From Synechococcus sp. AG-686-B21 (lineage in GTDB: Bacteria > Cyanobacteriota > Cyanobacteriia > PCC-6307 > Cyanobiaceae), in NCBI GenBank assembly GCA_003210375.1, contig QCVM01000001.1, positions 8,126 through 72,125 of the forward strand: DNA of 64,000 bases. Reading direction: 5' to 3'. Shown here in pieces: positions 35,064-44,968 of this stretch. Below the pieces are notes generated by a model. It worked only from the letters and a program-made list of their open reading frames with translations. It searched no databases and had not been told where the DNA came from. A program made the translations under genes and the position numbers. The stretch's first letter is position 1, and each line of letters opens with the position of its first letter.

Positions 35064-37589
35064 CTACGAAAAACGGGATCTGTTCCCTTGGTCCTGTTGC
35101 TGCTGTTGTTTTCGTTTCGTGAATGCCGTCGGAGCTGCCTGGATTGGATCGTCGGGCCATGGATGTTTCGGGTAGCGGCCACGCATCTCTCGGCGTACAT
35201 CGGCATAGCTGCCCTTCCAAAACCCTTCTAGATCCCTCGTTCGTTGCAGTGGTCGCCCTGCAGGAGAGAGCAATTCGAGGGTGACGGGCACCTCCCCTCC
35301 CAGCACATGAGGGCCTTGCTTTCCGCCAAACATCTCTTGCAATTTCACGGGGAGAACAACCTCCTCATCGTCGTAACGCAACATGGCTTGCCGTCCGGAG
35401 GGAATCGCAATGCGTTGCGGTAAAAGCTGATCGAGACGTTGTCGCTCAGGCCAGCTCAGGTCTCCCCACAAGGCTTCGTCCAACATCCCTGAAGAAACAT
35501 CGCGCCAACTTTGGCAGCCCAGCAGGGACGCTGCGAGCCAAGCGGTGTCATGAAGCAGGGTATCTGTGTCTCGTGCTGGCCAGGGCTGGCCGTAATGGCG
35601 GTGCATCCAGCTGAGCCGTTGTCTCAGCTGTTGATTGAACGCAGTCCATGGCAGCGCTTCGAGACTGCCTGCTTCTTGTAAAGCCTTCAACAGCAATAAT
35701 TGGCATTGTTCAGGGCTTGGTGCGCTCTGGGGTGTCCGGCGCAAGACAAGGTCTCCAAGTTTGAGCAATCGTTCTGCTTTGACTTGTTGTCGAGACGTAT
35801 CCCAGCTCACACTGTCGATCCAGGTGCCCTCACGCTGCCCGATGGTTTCAAGCAGGGAGGGATCGAGGGGAATCGCGAGCTGAATCAAGGTGTCGCGCCC
35901 TCCCGTATCCACTCGAGCCACAGCGAGGGCAGGACTTCCCCGCAGTGGGTCTTGGGGCGAAAGGACGGCCCCGCGTCCCTGGCGTAAGAGGTAGCGCCCC
36001 TCTTGGCCAGGCCGTTCTTGGGCCAACCATTGTGGAAAAGCACGTAACACCAGTTCAGCCGCATTCGGGCGACGGTTGTGTTCCGGTGTCGCTGGACCGA
36101 GCCGATCGAGTTGCTGGTGGAGTTGCCGACTGCGTTCACGAAGGGACCGGTGTTGGCCAATAACGCTGAGTCGTGCTTCGAGATCGCAGCCTGCGTCGCG
36201 ACCGGCGAGGGGATCTCGCTCGCTCAGGAGCGCCGCTATGTCGCAACCGAGTTGGGAACAGCCGCGTCCTCGGGCCTCCAGCATCAACAGCCCAAGGCGC
36301 GGGTGAACCCCCAATGTGGAAAGTTGTCGCCCGCGAAAGCTGAGCTGCCCATTGGGCTGCAGCAGACCGAAGGCTTGGAGGTCTGAAAGCCCTTCCTGCA
36401 TCGCTGCTTGTGGAGGGGCATCGAGCCAGGGCAGGTCCTTGCCCAGACCCGCTCCCCATTGGGCGAGCTCCATCAAAATGGGTTGGGGATCTGCCAGAAG
36501 GAGCTCAGGTGGGCTGAAATTAGGCCGGCGTTGTTGCTCGGCGAGCGACCACAGACGGACGCATTGCCCGGGGCTTTGACGGCCAGCTCTGCCTCGACGC
36601 TGTTCGGCGCTTGCCAGGCTGCTGGGAACAGTTTCTAAGCCCTCCATGCCGGTGTTTGGGTCGTAGCGGAGCTGTCGACTGAGTCCGCTATCGATCACCA
36701 CCCGAACGCCGTCGATCGTGATTGAGCTTTCGGCTATTCCACTGGCCAAGATCACGGTGCCGTCATGCTCCGGACCGCAACGCCGCAAGGCAGCGCTTTG
36801 GCTTTCGAGGGGGAGTTGTCCGTGAAGGATGGCAATGCGCCAACGTTGAAGCGCATTGGCTTCGCTGAGCAGGGTGCGGCAGCGTTCGATCTCACGCAGG
36901 CCTGGGAGGAAAACCAACGCTCCGCTGCCCTGCGGCAACGTCAGCGCATGGTGTTCAAGGGCACGCAGGACCTGACGGGGGAGAGATTCGTTCTCCCGCG
37001 CTCTTTGGTGATGGGTTTCGACGGGATAACAACGCCCCGCACTCTCTAAAACAACGGCTTGGGGAAGCCGGTCGCGCAAATCCGAAAGATCCAGCGTTGC
37101 TGACATCAGCACCAAGGCCAAGTCTGGTCGCAGCACTGGTATGGCTTCCCTCAAAAGTGCAAGGGCGAGATCTGCATCTTTGCGGCGCTCATGGAATTCA
37201 TCGAAGAGAACGCACGACACCCCCTCAAGCGAAGGATCCGCTTGAAGACGCCGAAGAAAAAGCCCATCAGTGATCACTTCGACCTGGGTCTTGGTAGAAC
37301 GTTTCTGCTCGCCGCGCATGGCGTAGCCAATCCGTTGGCCTAGCGGCTCAGCCAGTGATTCAGCCAGTCGAGTGGCCGCTGCTCGCGTGGCTAACCGTCG
37401 TGGTTCAACCATCAACACGCGTCCTGATCGCGTGATTTCGGCACCCATGGGTGTCAGGGCACCAATTAAGGCCAAAGGAACGCGCGTGGTTTTACCTGCT
37501 CCTGGAGGTGCCTGAAGGAGCAAGGTGCTTCCGGGTTTGATCTGCTGGCAGATCGTTGGAAGCAGCGGATCAATTGAAAAATCCGTCAA
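35064..37589 (-). CDS. hrpB: ATP-dependent helicase HrpB
   Basis: APPGAGKTT, DEFHER, SAT, QRRGRAGR, MRGRYPKHPWP. Confidence 0.95.
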   Translation of the reverse strand: MTDFSIDPLLPTICQQIKPGSTLLLQAPPGAGKTTRVPLALIGALTPMGAEITRSGRVLMVEPRRLATRAAATRLAESLAEPLGQRIGYAMRGEQKRSTKTQVEVITDGLFLRRLQADPSLEGVSCVLFDEFHERRKDADLALALLREAIPVLRPDLALVLMSATLDLSDLRDRLPQAVVLESAGRCYPVETHHQRARENESLPRQVLRALEHHALTLPQGSGALVFLPGLREIERCRTLLSEANALQRWRIAILHGQLPLESQSAALRRCGPEHDGTVILASGIAESSITIDGVRVVIDSGLSRQLRYDPNTGMEGLETVPSSLASAEQRRGRAGRQSPGQCVRLWSLAEQQRRPNFSPPELLLADPQPILMELAQWGAGLGKDLPWLDAPPQAAMQEGLSDLQAFGLLQPNGQLSFRGRQLSTLGVHPRLGLLMLEARGRGCSQLGCDIAALLSERDPLAGRDAGCDLEARLSVIGQHRSLRERSRQLHQQLDRLGPATPEHNRRPNAAELVLRAFPQWLAQERPGQEGRYLLRQGRGAVLSPQDPLRGSPALAVARVDTGGRDTLIQLAIPLDPSLLETIGQREGTWIDSVSWDTSRQQVKAERLLKLGDLVLRRTPQSAPSPEQCQLLLLKALQEAGSLEALPWTAFNQQLRQRLSWMHRHYGQPWPARDTDTLLHDTAWLAASLLGCQSWRDVSSGMLDEALWGDLSWPERQRLDQLLPQRIAIPSGRQAMLRYDDEEVVLPVKLQEMFGGKQGPHVLGGEVPVTLELLSPAGRPLQRTRDLEGFWKGSYADVRREMRGRYPKHPWPDDPIQAAPTAFTKRKQQQQQDQGNRSRFS

Positions 37590-37745
37590 GCCGTCTGGGG
37601 ACCCATCGACATGGAGAGATTGCCCATGATCGAATTTTGAGAGAAGGATTGAATTGTTTTAGGCCTCGGCATGGTCTGCTGTCATTCGCACGCCTTTACA
37701 CGTGCGAATCCGTTCATCTAATCAACGGTTAATTGGCTCGGATCT

Positions 37746-38129
37746 TTACCGCACATGGCGGGTGCCATCGACTGGGTGGTACTCCTCACCAGTGAGTTCT
37801 TCGAACACAATCGCTGGAAGGCCGGTCTCAAACATGGTTTGCAGGGCTTCTTTGAGATATGGATTCCAGCCACCAGTGCTGACTTGGCCGTGGCGCACGG
37901 TCCAGTCCCAAGTGCCCTGTAGATCCCGCGGAATTCGACCTTCCCGGTCACGTCGTGCCACCAGGTCGAGCGATTCAACAATGCCCACGATGATTGGGTC
38001 TTTGCCGTAAGCCGGCGTGACACTCAATTCCAGGCGAACCGGATCCTCTTTGACCAGTCGCAATCGGAACCTGGGAGGCAATTTCATGCCCTTCATCACC
38101 GCGGCGACGATGCGTGTTCTTTGATCCAC
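37746..38129 (-). CDS. Conserved cyanobacterial hypothetical protein
   Basis: LPPRFRLRLVKEDP, GTWDWTVRHG; GTG start inferred. Confidence 0.8.
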   Translation of the reverse strand: MDQRTRIVAAVMKGMKLPPRFRLRLVKEDPVRLELSVTPAYGKDPIIVGIVESLDLVARRDREGRIPRDLQGTWDWTVRHGQVSTGGWNPYLKEALQTMFETGLPAIVFEELTGEEYHPVDGTRHVR

Positions 38130-38163
38130 TCGGACGACCCCTGACCGACTCCTGTTTACCAAC

Positions 38164-38421
38164 TTATTCAGTGCCGTGCCCTTGAGTCTCGGTTTCCCCG
38201 TCATCGTTGCCGCTAAAGCGCACGGTCAGTAGGTCTTCGTTGGTAATGCGACCATCGCTGTCGAGCAGTTCGGGATGCACTGTTAGGCGTCCAGTGCGGT
38301 CATTTGGTTTGCTGATAGGGCCGCTAGCTGCACGGAATCCCTTGCCCATTACGCGGAAGGCTTGCCAAAGCAGGGCTACCAAAACTGTCCCGTAGAGCAG
38401 GGGAAACAGAGCGCTGAGCAT
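38164..38421 (-). CDS. DUF2973 family protein
   Basis: N-terminal TM, HPELLDSDGRITNEDLLTVRF. Confidence 0.85.
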   Translation of the reverse strand: MLSALFPLLYGTVLVALLWQAFRVMGKGFRAASGPISKPNDRTGRLTVHPELLDSDGRITNEDLLTVRFSGNDDGETETQGHGTE

Positions 38422-38556
38422 CTTTGAGCCAGATCGTTCCGACTCTCTCATCTTGGCCTGAATTGGGCACGGGTTGCACTCAGTCACAGGTCAAATTTCA
38501 TCTTCCCTGGCTTCCACTCGCCGAAATGCGTAGCGTCAGCGCAATGTCATTCAGGG

Positions 38557-39699
38557 ATGTACGTGGTGTCAGATCGCACGCGCTCTTTTGTTACGTTTGC
38601 GTTGGTTGGAGGTGCATGGGCAAGCGGGATGTCGGTGCTCCCAATGCTCGTCTTACACCCTCCTGTCAGTGCCCGTGAGGTTTTTTCTCGTACATCCTTC
38701 GTGGCATCAGCTGTGAAACGCAGTGGACCTGCCGTTGTCACCCTGGAAACGTCTAAGAAGATCCAAAGCCCCAACCTGTCTGGGTTTCCGGAGGGCATCC
38801 GGCTTAATCCGTTGTTTCGGAACTTCTTTGAAGTGCCTGGGGGTGCTCCATCGCGTCTACGGGTGCAGCGAGGTCAAGGCAGTGGAGTGTTGTTTGATTC
38901 TCAGGGACTGCTCCTGACGAATGCTCATGTCGTTGAAGGGGCAGAAGAGCTCACGGTTGGTTTGTCGGATGGACGGCGTGTGAAGGGACGGGTCATTGGT
39001 ACAGACAGCCTTACTGACTTGGCAGTTGTTCGCTTGGAGGGCGCAGGTTTGTGGCCGGTGGCCGCCCTCGGAAACTCCGATCGTCTCAATGTTGGGGATT
39101 GGGCGATTGCTGTTGGCAATCCCTATGGATTGGAAAATACGGTGACACTCGGCATCATCAGCAATTTGAATCGAAACGTGTCTCAGCTTGGGATCTCAGG
39201 AAAGCGTCTCGATCTCATCCAAACGGATGCGGCGATTAATCCCGGCAATTCTGGAGGACCGCTGCTGAATGCCGATGGCGAGGTGATTGGTATTAACACC
39301 CTGGTTCGTTCCGGGCCTGGAGCAGGTTTGGGTTTTGCGATCCCGATCAATCGAGCGAAAGCCATCGCCTCGGAATTGGTGGCCACGGGAAAGGCACGCC
39401 ACCCTGTGATTGGTATTGGATTGTCGCGGGTCCCAGCAGATCGTCCGGGCGGACCTGCGCAAAGGGGTGCCGTGATTCGGTCGATTCAAAAGATGGGTCC
39501 AGCTGACCAGGCAGGGCTGCAAGTGGACGATGTCATCACTGCAGTTGATGGACAAGCCGTTGATGGACCAGCCGCAGTTGTGAGTGCGATTGAGCGGCGT
39601 GGTGTGGGTGAAACCTTGACGCTTAAAATTCGCCGGGCCAACGATCAAAAGGTTGTTCGACTCAAGCCCGTCGATTTGTCGTCTTTTGATCGGAGCTGA
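38557..39699 (+). CDS. HtrA/DegP-family serine protease with one PDZ domain
   Basis: TNAHVV, DLAVV, INPGNSGGPL; start uncertain. Confidence 0.93.
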   Translation: MYVVSDRTRSFVTFALVGGAWASGMSVLPMLVLHPPVSAREVFSRTSFVASAVKRSGPAVVTLETSKKIQSPNLSGFPEGIRLNPLFRNFFEVPGGAPSRLRVQRGQGSGVLFDSQGLLLTNAHVVEGAEELTVGLSDGRRVKGRVIGTDSLTDLAVVRLEGAGLWPVAALGNSDRLNVGDWAIAVGNPYGLENTVTLGIISNLNRNVSQLGISGKRLDLIQTDAAINPGNSGGPLLNADGEVIGINTLVRSGPGAGLGFAIPINRAKAIASELVATGKARHPVIGIGLSRVPADRPGGPAQRGAVIRSIQKMGPADQAGLQVDDVITAVDGQAVDGPAAVVSAIERRGVGETLTLKIRRANDQKVVRLKPVDLSSFDRS

Positions 39700-39738
39700 T
39701 GGGGCAGACTTGGAAGCGGCTAGCTGACGCGATCGAGA

Positions 39739-39876
39739 TCAGTCCTCGTCGGAATCGCGTAATTGCTCAACACAGCGCGTGATGCACTCGCCGTCATCCA
39801 GGGAGCATGTTGTGATGCATTCAAAATAGGTTTCGACAGCGTCCCAGGTTTGGTCGTGGGGCTGTGATGCCATCAT
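39739..39876 (-). CDS. Small protein with twin CX3C motif
   Basis: WDAVETYFECITTCSLDDGECITRCVEQL. Confidence 0.75.
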   Translation of the reverse strand: MMASQPHDQTWDAVETYFECITTCSLDDGECITRCVEQLRDSDED

Positions 39877-40049
39877 CGATGAGGCAATGCCGGGGGTGGA
39901 GGAGAGAGGACCTAGAGCCATTGCCATCGCGTCTACGGTTTAGTTTTGTCAGCTTATGCACATCATTTGATTCGGTAAACAGAAATAAGTCTTCCTGCCT
40001 AAGGGTCTGTGAACTTTTCCCCAAGTGGGGGTGAGACCGAGGTTCAGTA

Positions 40050-41768
40050 CTACTTTTTCTTTCGAGCAGTACGGGCTTTTTGTTTGTCTTGATTGGCTTT
40101 TTTCTTGGCTTCTCGTTGAGCAAGCAATTCTTTTTCCCGGGCATCAGCTCTTTCCTCTTCTTTTTTCTCGAGGTAGTAGTTGTAGTCGCCTCGATAAAGA
40201 ACGAGCTCTCCATCACGCAGTTCAACGATTTTGTTGGCGACTCGGGAGATGAAATAGCGGTCGTGGGATACCAGAAGTGCAGCACCTTCGTAGGCCATTA
40301 GTGCATCTTCCAGCATCTGTTTGGCGGGGATGTCGAGGTGATTGGTTGGTTCATCCAGCACCAGCAGATTGCAGGGGCTCAGCAGCATTAACGCCAAGGC
40401 CAAACGTGCTTTCTCTCCACCGCTGAGTTTGCCGACATCCTTGAAAACGCTGTCCTTGCTTAAGCAGAAGCTACCGAGCAAGGAGCGCACCTGGGTTTGA
40501 GTCCAGTCGGGAACTGCCTCATACATCGTGTCGATCACTGTTTTGTTGAGGTCGAGCGCTTCCGCTTGGTTTTGCTCGAAGTAGCCCGCTACAACGTTGT
40601 GTTCGCCGAGTTTGGCGCTCCCTTCATCGGGGCTTTCTGCTCCCATCACAAGGCGCAGCAGTGTCGACTTGCCCGCGCCATTTGGACCAACGAATGCAAC
40701 GCGGTCGCCACGTTCGACTTCTAGTTCTGCTTCCAAGAACAGAATTTTGTCGCCATAGCTGTGGGTGAGATTCTCGAAAACGGCAACTTGTGCCCCAGAT
40801 CGTGGGGCTGTTGGGAAGCGAAAGCTCGGCCCGGAAACGCTTTCCACAGGGGCCTCAACGAGCTCAACTTTGTCGAGTTGTTTCTCACGGCTTTTGGCCT
40901 GAGTGCTTCGGGTGGCGCTGGCACGGAAGCGATCGATGTAAGCCTGTTGGCTGGCGATTTCTTTCTGCTGGCGTTCAAAGGCCGCTTGGGTCGACTGCTG
41001 CTCCAGTTGTTTGAGCTCGAGGTGGGCGGTGTAGTTGCCGAGATAAGAGCGGGAGATGCCGCGCTCCGTTGACACGATTTGGTTGCAGACCCGGTCCAAA
41101 AAAGTCCTGTCATGGCTGATCACCACTAGGGCAGCGTTTTGATCCAGTAGGTATCCCTCGAGCCATTGGATAGTCTCCACATCGAGATGGTTGGTGGGTT
41201 CATCCAGGAGCAGTAAGTCCGGGTCTTGCAAAAGAATTTTTCCCAGGGCAATGCGCATCTGCCAGCCTCCTGAGTAGTCCTTCACTGGACGCTCGGCACC
41301 AGAAGAGCTAAAGCCAATGGTCGGCAGCAATTTGTCAATGCGAGCATCCAGTTCGTAGCCGTGTAGGCCCTCAAAGCGGCTTTGGAGCCGTCCGAGCTCA
41401 TGGATGAGCTCATCGAGATGGGCTGGATCGGCGGCTGCTTTTTCAGACCCCATCTCCTCTTCCACTTCCCGCTGGCGATTCAGAACCGTCGCCGCCTCAC
41501 CAAAGGCCTGAAAGAGCTCTTCGCGGACACTCCTCTCGAGGTCGACATCGAATTCCTGTTGGAGATAGGCGATGCGGGGAGAGCCTTGGCGAACCACTTG
41601 TCCGCTGCTGGGTTCTTCAAAGCCAGCGATGAGCCGCATTTGCGTGGATTTGCCGGCTCCGTTCACACCAACGAGGCCGATGCGATCGCCAGGCTTTACC
41701 TCCCAGGTCACATTGCGCAGCACTTCGCCTGTGGGATAAATCTTGCTGACTTGCTCGAGTCTCAGCAA
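40050..41768 (-). CDS. ABC-F family ATP-binding protein
   Basis: Two ABC domains (GVNGAGKST, GPNGAGKST, DEPTNHLD), no TM; start uncertain. Confidence 0.93.
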   Translation of the reverse strand: MLRLEQVSKIYPTGEVLRNVTWEVKPGDRIGLVGVNGAGKSTQMRLIAGFEEPSSGQVVRQGSPRIAYLQQEFDVDLERSVREELFQAFGEAATVLNRQREVEEEMGSEKAAADPAHLDELIHELGRLQSRFEGLHGYELDARIDKLLPTIGFSSSGAERPVKDYSGGWQMRIALGKILLQDPDLLLLDEPTNHLDVETIQWLEGYLLDQNAALVVISHDRTFLDRVCNQIVSTERGISRSYLGNYTAHLELKQLEQQSTQAAFERQQKEIASQQAYIDRFRASATRSTQAKSREKQLDKVELVEAPVESVSGPSFRFPTAPRSGAQVAVFENLTHSYGDKILFLEAELEVERGDRVAFVGPNGAGKSTLLRLVMGAESPDEGSAKLGEHNVVAGYFEQNQAEALDLNKTVIDTMYEAVPDWTQTQVRSLLGSFCLSKDSVFKDVGKLSGGEKARLALALMLLSPCNLLVLDEPTNHLDIPAKQMLEDALMAYEGAALLVSHDRYFISRVANKIVELRDGELVLYRGDYNYYLEKKEEERADAREKELLAQREAKKKANQDKQKARTARKKK

Positions 41769-41836
41769 CGGTCCGGAGCGTGATGCATCCATCATCCCTG
41801 TCGGCAAACTGGGAACGTTTCCATGGCTTCGACAAA

Positions 41837-42052
41837 GTGCTGAAACTCGAGCAGTTCGTAGCTCTGGTCGTGGCAGCGGGTCTGGCCAGCGTCAGTTACT
41901 TGCTGTTCTTCAGTTGGGCTGGTGGCGGTGGCTACCCGCCACCAGCCCAACACCGACGTGATGAGGTGTCACGGTTGGGGTGGTCAGCCTCGTCACAGAG
42001 AGCGTATTTACTGATAGCGATTTCACCTTTAGGTGATCAACGTCACTCTTAA
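41837..42052 (+). CDS. Small single-TM hypothetical protein
   Basis: LEQFVALVVAAGLASVSYLLFFSWAGGGGY; GTG start inferred. Confidence 0.55.
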   Translation: MLKLEQFVALVVAAGLASVSYLLFFSWAGGGGYPPPAQHRRDEVSRLGWSASSQRAYLLIAISPLGDQRHS

Positions 42053-42279
42053 AGACCTCCTCGGGCTTTCACCAACCATCGATTACTGTCGTCGTCGTCA
42101 AGGCTGGCCAGATGTTGTCGCACATCCTCGGGGGTTACGGGCAGCCCGAGTTGCTCTCCAAGGCCGCAAATCGACTCCATCGCCCCGCTGGGATTTTGTA
42201 AGGCCTGGCGAAACAGGGCTTGCGTTTGTTCTGGGTTGCTGCTGATTTGGGCGTAAAGAGCTGCGGCGTTTGAACTCAT
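42049..42279 (-). CDS. Nif11-like small protein ending in ARGGL
   Basis: Helical Nif11-like pattern (GEQLGLPVTPEDV) and terminal GG. Confidence 0.6.
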   Translation of the reverse strand: MSSNAAALYAQISSNPEQTQALFRQALQNPSGAMESICGLGEQLGLPVTPEDVRQHLASLDDDDSNRWLVKARGGL

Positions 42280-42326
42280 CGCGGAGCTGACCACTCCTGA
42301 AAAGCTATTCAGATCTGCTTGATTCG

Positions 42327-42644
42327 TCAGGCAGCTTGTTCAAAGCCTTCATCACTTTGCCCGAGGGCCGAGGCATCTTCCATGCTGCGTGCATCCATGC
42401 AGAGCACTTTCCTTAGCTGGGCGTAGTTGGCGGCTTGAGAGCCACGACCCTCCTGAACGGCGGTGTACTCCGCTCGCTGTAAGACGTGGTGAAGGTGAGT
42501 AAGCAAATAAGTGCTTACTACGGCCGACACGAGCACGTCGCTGTTCTCTGGACTGCGTCGAGGACTGAGTGTCCGACTGCGCCGAGGTGCGGTGCTGCGC
42601 CGGGATTGCTGTGTGGGCTTTGATTTTGGCGTGGACTGGGTCAT
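42327..42644 (-). CDS. Conserved hypothetical protein
   Basis: Basic N-tail, YLLTHLHHVLQRAEY, NYAQLRKVLCMDARSM. Confidence 0.75.
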   Translation of the reverse strand: MTQSTPKSKPTQQSRRSTAPRRSRTLSPRRSPENSDVLVSAVVSTYLLTHLHHVLQRAEYTAVQEGRGSQAANYAQLRKVLCMDARSMEDASALGQSDEGFEQAA

Positions 42645-42753
42645 GCGCGGAGCACTCCGAGGAGGACCAGTGCCCTCAACATAATCATGGATACTACCCT
42701 TGCCCACCTCTGTACACTTACAAGTAACTTAAAGTCGTTCTGACGCTCCAGTT

Positions 42754-43047
42754 GTGCCCACTCGACAGACGTCAGCCAGCGGGAAGCCCAAATCGCCTCG
42801 GATCCAGGTGGTCCTTCCGGAGGATTTGTGTGCCCGTTTGACCTCCCTTGCTGAGTCGGAGTCGCGGACAGTTAGCAACATGGCGCGTGTGTTGATCCAA
42901 CAGGGGGTTCAGCGCCACGAGCACGGTGAGCCCCCTGCTGAAAAGCCTCTTAGTCGGGAGGAACGCTTGCGTTCCGCTCTGGAGTCCCAGCAACCTCGGC
43001 GACTGAGGGGAGCGCCTAGGCGATTGCGGTTGTATCGGCCCGGTTAG
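42754..43047 (+). CDS. Ribbon-helix-helix DNA-binding protein
   Basis: RIQVVLP strand + helix + SRTVSNMARVLI. Confidence 0.82.
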   Translation: MPTRQTSASGKPKSPRIQVVLPEDLCARLTSLAESESRTVSNMARVLIQQGVQRHEHGEPPAEKPLSREERLRSALESQQPRRLRGAPRRLRLYRPG

Positions 43048-43093
43048 AGCGCTGTCCTGTTCAGAATGTTGCGTTGAATCCTGAAGCCCGGGG

Positions 43094-44236
43094 CTAGCCA
43101 GGCTTTACTACAACTCCGAGAATCGCTTCTCTCCTTGCTCCGGTGATCGATGGTGCGTTAGCGGGATAGTTGCGTTGATGCCACCAGGCCAGCAGAGCAA
43201 ACACCAAAGCCTCCCGTGCTTCCACTGGAAGCCCAATCTCTTGGCTGCTGCTCAATTGGAGGCCGCGGCAGCGCCGTTGCAGTTGATCCATCAGCACTGG
43301 GTTGTGGCGCCCCCCTCCAGCCACGATTAACTCCAAAGGACGAATCTGATCGCGCTGCATCAGCTGCTCCAGGTCTTGTGCCACCACTGCGGCACTGAAG
43401 CTGGTCAATGTGGCGACAGCATCGTGATTAGAACAACCCTGGCCCAAGTTGTTGAGGCGCTGCTGCAAGTTGAAGTGTCCAAACAACTCACGGCCTGTTG
43501 ATTTGGGTGGGGGGGATTGGAAGTACCGCTCCTGCAGCCAACCAAAAATGCTTGTTTCATTACTTTGGCCGGCTTTTGCCATGGTTCCGTCACGGTCAAA
43601 GTGCATTGTTCCGTTGCTGAATTGTTGAACGGCTAGATCGATCAGGCTGTTGGCGGGACCGCAATCCCAGCCCTGTACGGGCGCATCGCGTTCGGGGCCA
43701 CAGCAGGGAGGGATCAACGTGAGATTCGCAATACCGCCCAAATTCAGCAGGGCGCGCCAGCCCTTTGTGCCGCCTAAAAGTGCTGCATCGGCCTTTGGGA
43801 CTAGAGGTGCGCCTTGACCGCCGAGAGCAAGATCTGCCGCACGAAAGTCGTGCACCACGGGACACTCCAGTAGTTGAGCGAGGAGGGGAGCTTGCAGAAG
43901 TTGCCAGCTGGCACCCCGCTTACGGGACGTTGGGGGGCGGTGCCAGACGGTTTGGCCATGGCATCCAACTAAGACGGCTTCTCCACTGGGATCACATGAT
44001 CGTGCTGCCTTAGCTTGGGCTTCCGTAATCTCTTCGGCTAAATGAAGCCACTGGTCCGCACAGCCTGTTTCCCCTTGTCCAGCCCTAACCACCCTCTGCC
44101 GTAGGCCCTCGGGGTATGGACTGTGCACATGCCGAATCAGCTCCCATTGCGGGTGGGTTGGCGAACCTCGAAAGTCGGCCAGAACGGCATCTACCCCATC
44201 GGCACTGGTGCCGCTCATTAGGCCGAGACATCGCAT
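43094..44236 (-). CDS. anmK: Anhydro-N-acetylmuramic acid kinase
   Basis: GLMSGTSADGVD, HGQTVWH, GGQGAPLVP, NLGGIAN, KSTGRE. Confidence 0.95.
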   Translation of the reverse strand: MRCLGLMSGTSADGVDAVLADFRGSPTHPQWELIRHVHSPYPEGLRQRVVRAGQGETGCADQWLHLAEEITEAQAKAARSCDPSGEAVLVGCHGQTVWHRPPTSRKRGASWQLLQAPLLAQLLECPVVHDFRAADLALGGQGAPLVPKADAALLGGTKGWRALLNLGGIANLTLIPPCCGPERDAPVQGWDCGPANSLIDLAVQQFSNGTMHFDRDGTMAKAGQSNETSIFGWLQERYFQSPPPKSTGRELFGHFNLQQRLNNLGQGCSNHDAVATLTSFSAAVVAQDLEQLMQRDQIRPLELIVAGGGRHNPVLMDQLQRRCRGLQLSSSQEIGLPVEAREALVFALLAWWHQRNYPANAPSITGARREAILGVVVKPG

Positions 44237-44239
44237 GGC

Positions 44240-44944
44240 TTACATCTTTGGAAGGCGCTGAAGGTCATCAATAAGGCCCATCACGACGAGTAAATGCCCG
44301 AGTTCGAGCACATGGGATGCCGGCGGATTCACAGTCAGGCTGCTCGGGTGACCGGCGGCGAGAACGTTGACGCGGAAGTTCTTACGCAGGTTGAGCTCCC
44401 GCAGGGATCGCCCAACGAACACTTCCGGAACTTTGATTTCTTCGATGCAGTGCTGCTCGTCTAGGGCGAGTCTCTCCATCAGGTTGGGGCGCACGAGTTC
44501 CAGTCCCAGTCGCTCTCCTTGCATCCTTGAGGGAAAGATCACCCGATCGGCACCGACCCGTTTCAGCATTTTTTCGTGCAGGTCACTTGTGGCCCGTGCG
44601 ATCACTTGCTTGACCCGACTCCCTTCACTGTCCTTGGCGATCAACGTTGCGGTGATGCTGGCTTCAATGGGTTCGCTAATGGCCACAACAACTGTTCCCA
44701 TCTCAAGCACCCCAGCCTCCCGAAGGGATTCTTCGTCGGTGCAATCGACCACTCGGGCTTCGACACTGGGCTCCACTTGTCGCAGTTCCTCAATGGCTCG
44801 TGCGGACCGATCCACGGCCAGGACATCCGCCCCGCTCTGGAGCAATTCTCGGCAAACCGCGATGCCAAAACGTCCCACTCCAATAATGGCGAAGCCGAGG
44901 CGATCGCTGCCTTGTAACGGGCTCCAATGCCACCACTCCTTCAT
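44240..44944 (-). CDS. Trk/Ktr K+ uptake NAD-binding subunit (TrkA/KtrA)
   Basis: GVGRFG, RCK_N and RCK_C domains. Confidence 0.92.
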   Translation of the reverse strand: MKEWWHWSPLQGSDRLGFAIIGVGRFGIAVCRELLQSGADVLAVDRSARAIEELRQVEPSVEARVVDCTDEESLREAGVLEMGTVVVAISEPIEASITATLIAKDSEGSRVKQVIARATSDLHEKMLKRVGADRVIFPSRMQGERLGLELVRPNLMERLALDEQHCIEEIKVPEVFVGRSLRELNLRKNFRVNVLAAGHPSSLTVNPPASHVLELGHLLVVMGLIDDLQRLPKM

Positions 44945-44968
44945 GGCTTAGAGGCGCTTGAGTTGCAC

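Noticed and set aside
34999..35220. N-terminally extended 120-aa HLIP
   Set aside because: The extension overlaps the hrpB 3' end and the hli promoter; the canonical start is at 34998
42754..43047. Toxin-antitoxin system
   Set aside because: No adjacent co-oriented toxin-like gene (RelE, PIN, MazF) is visible
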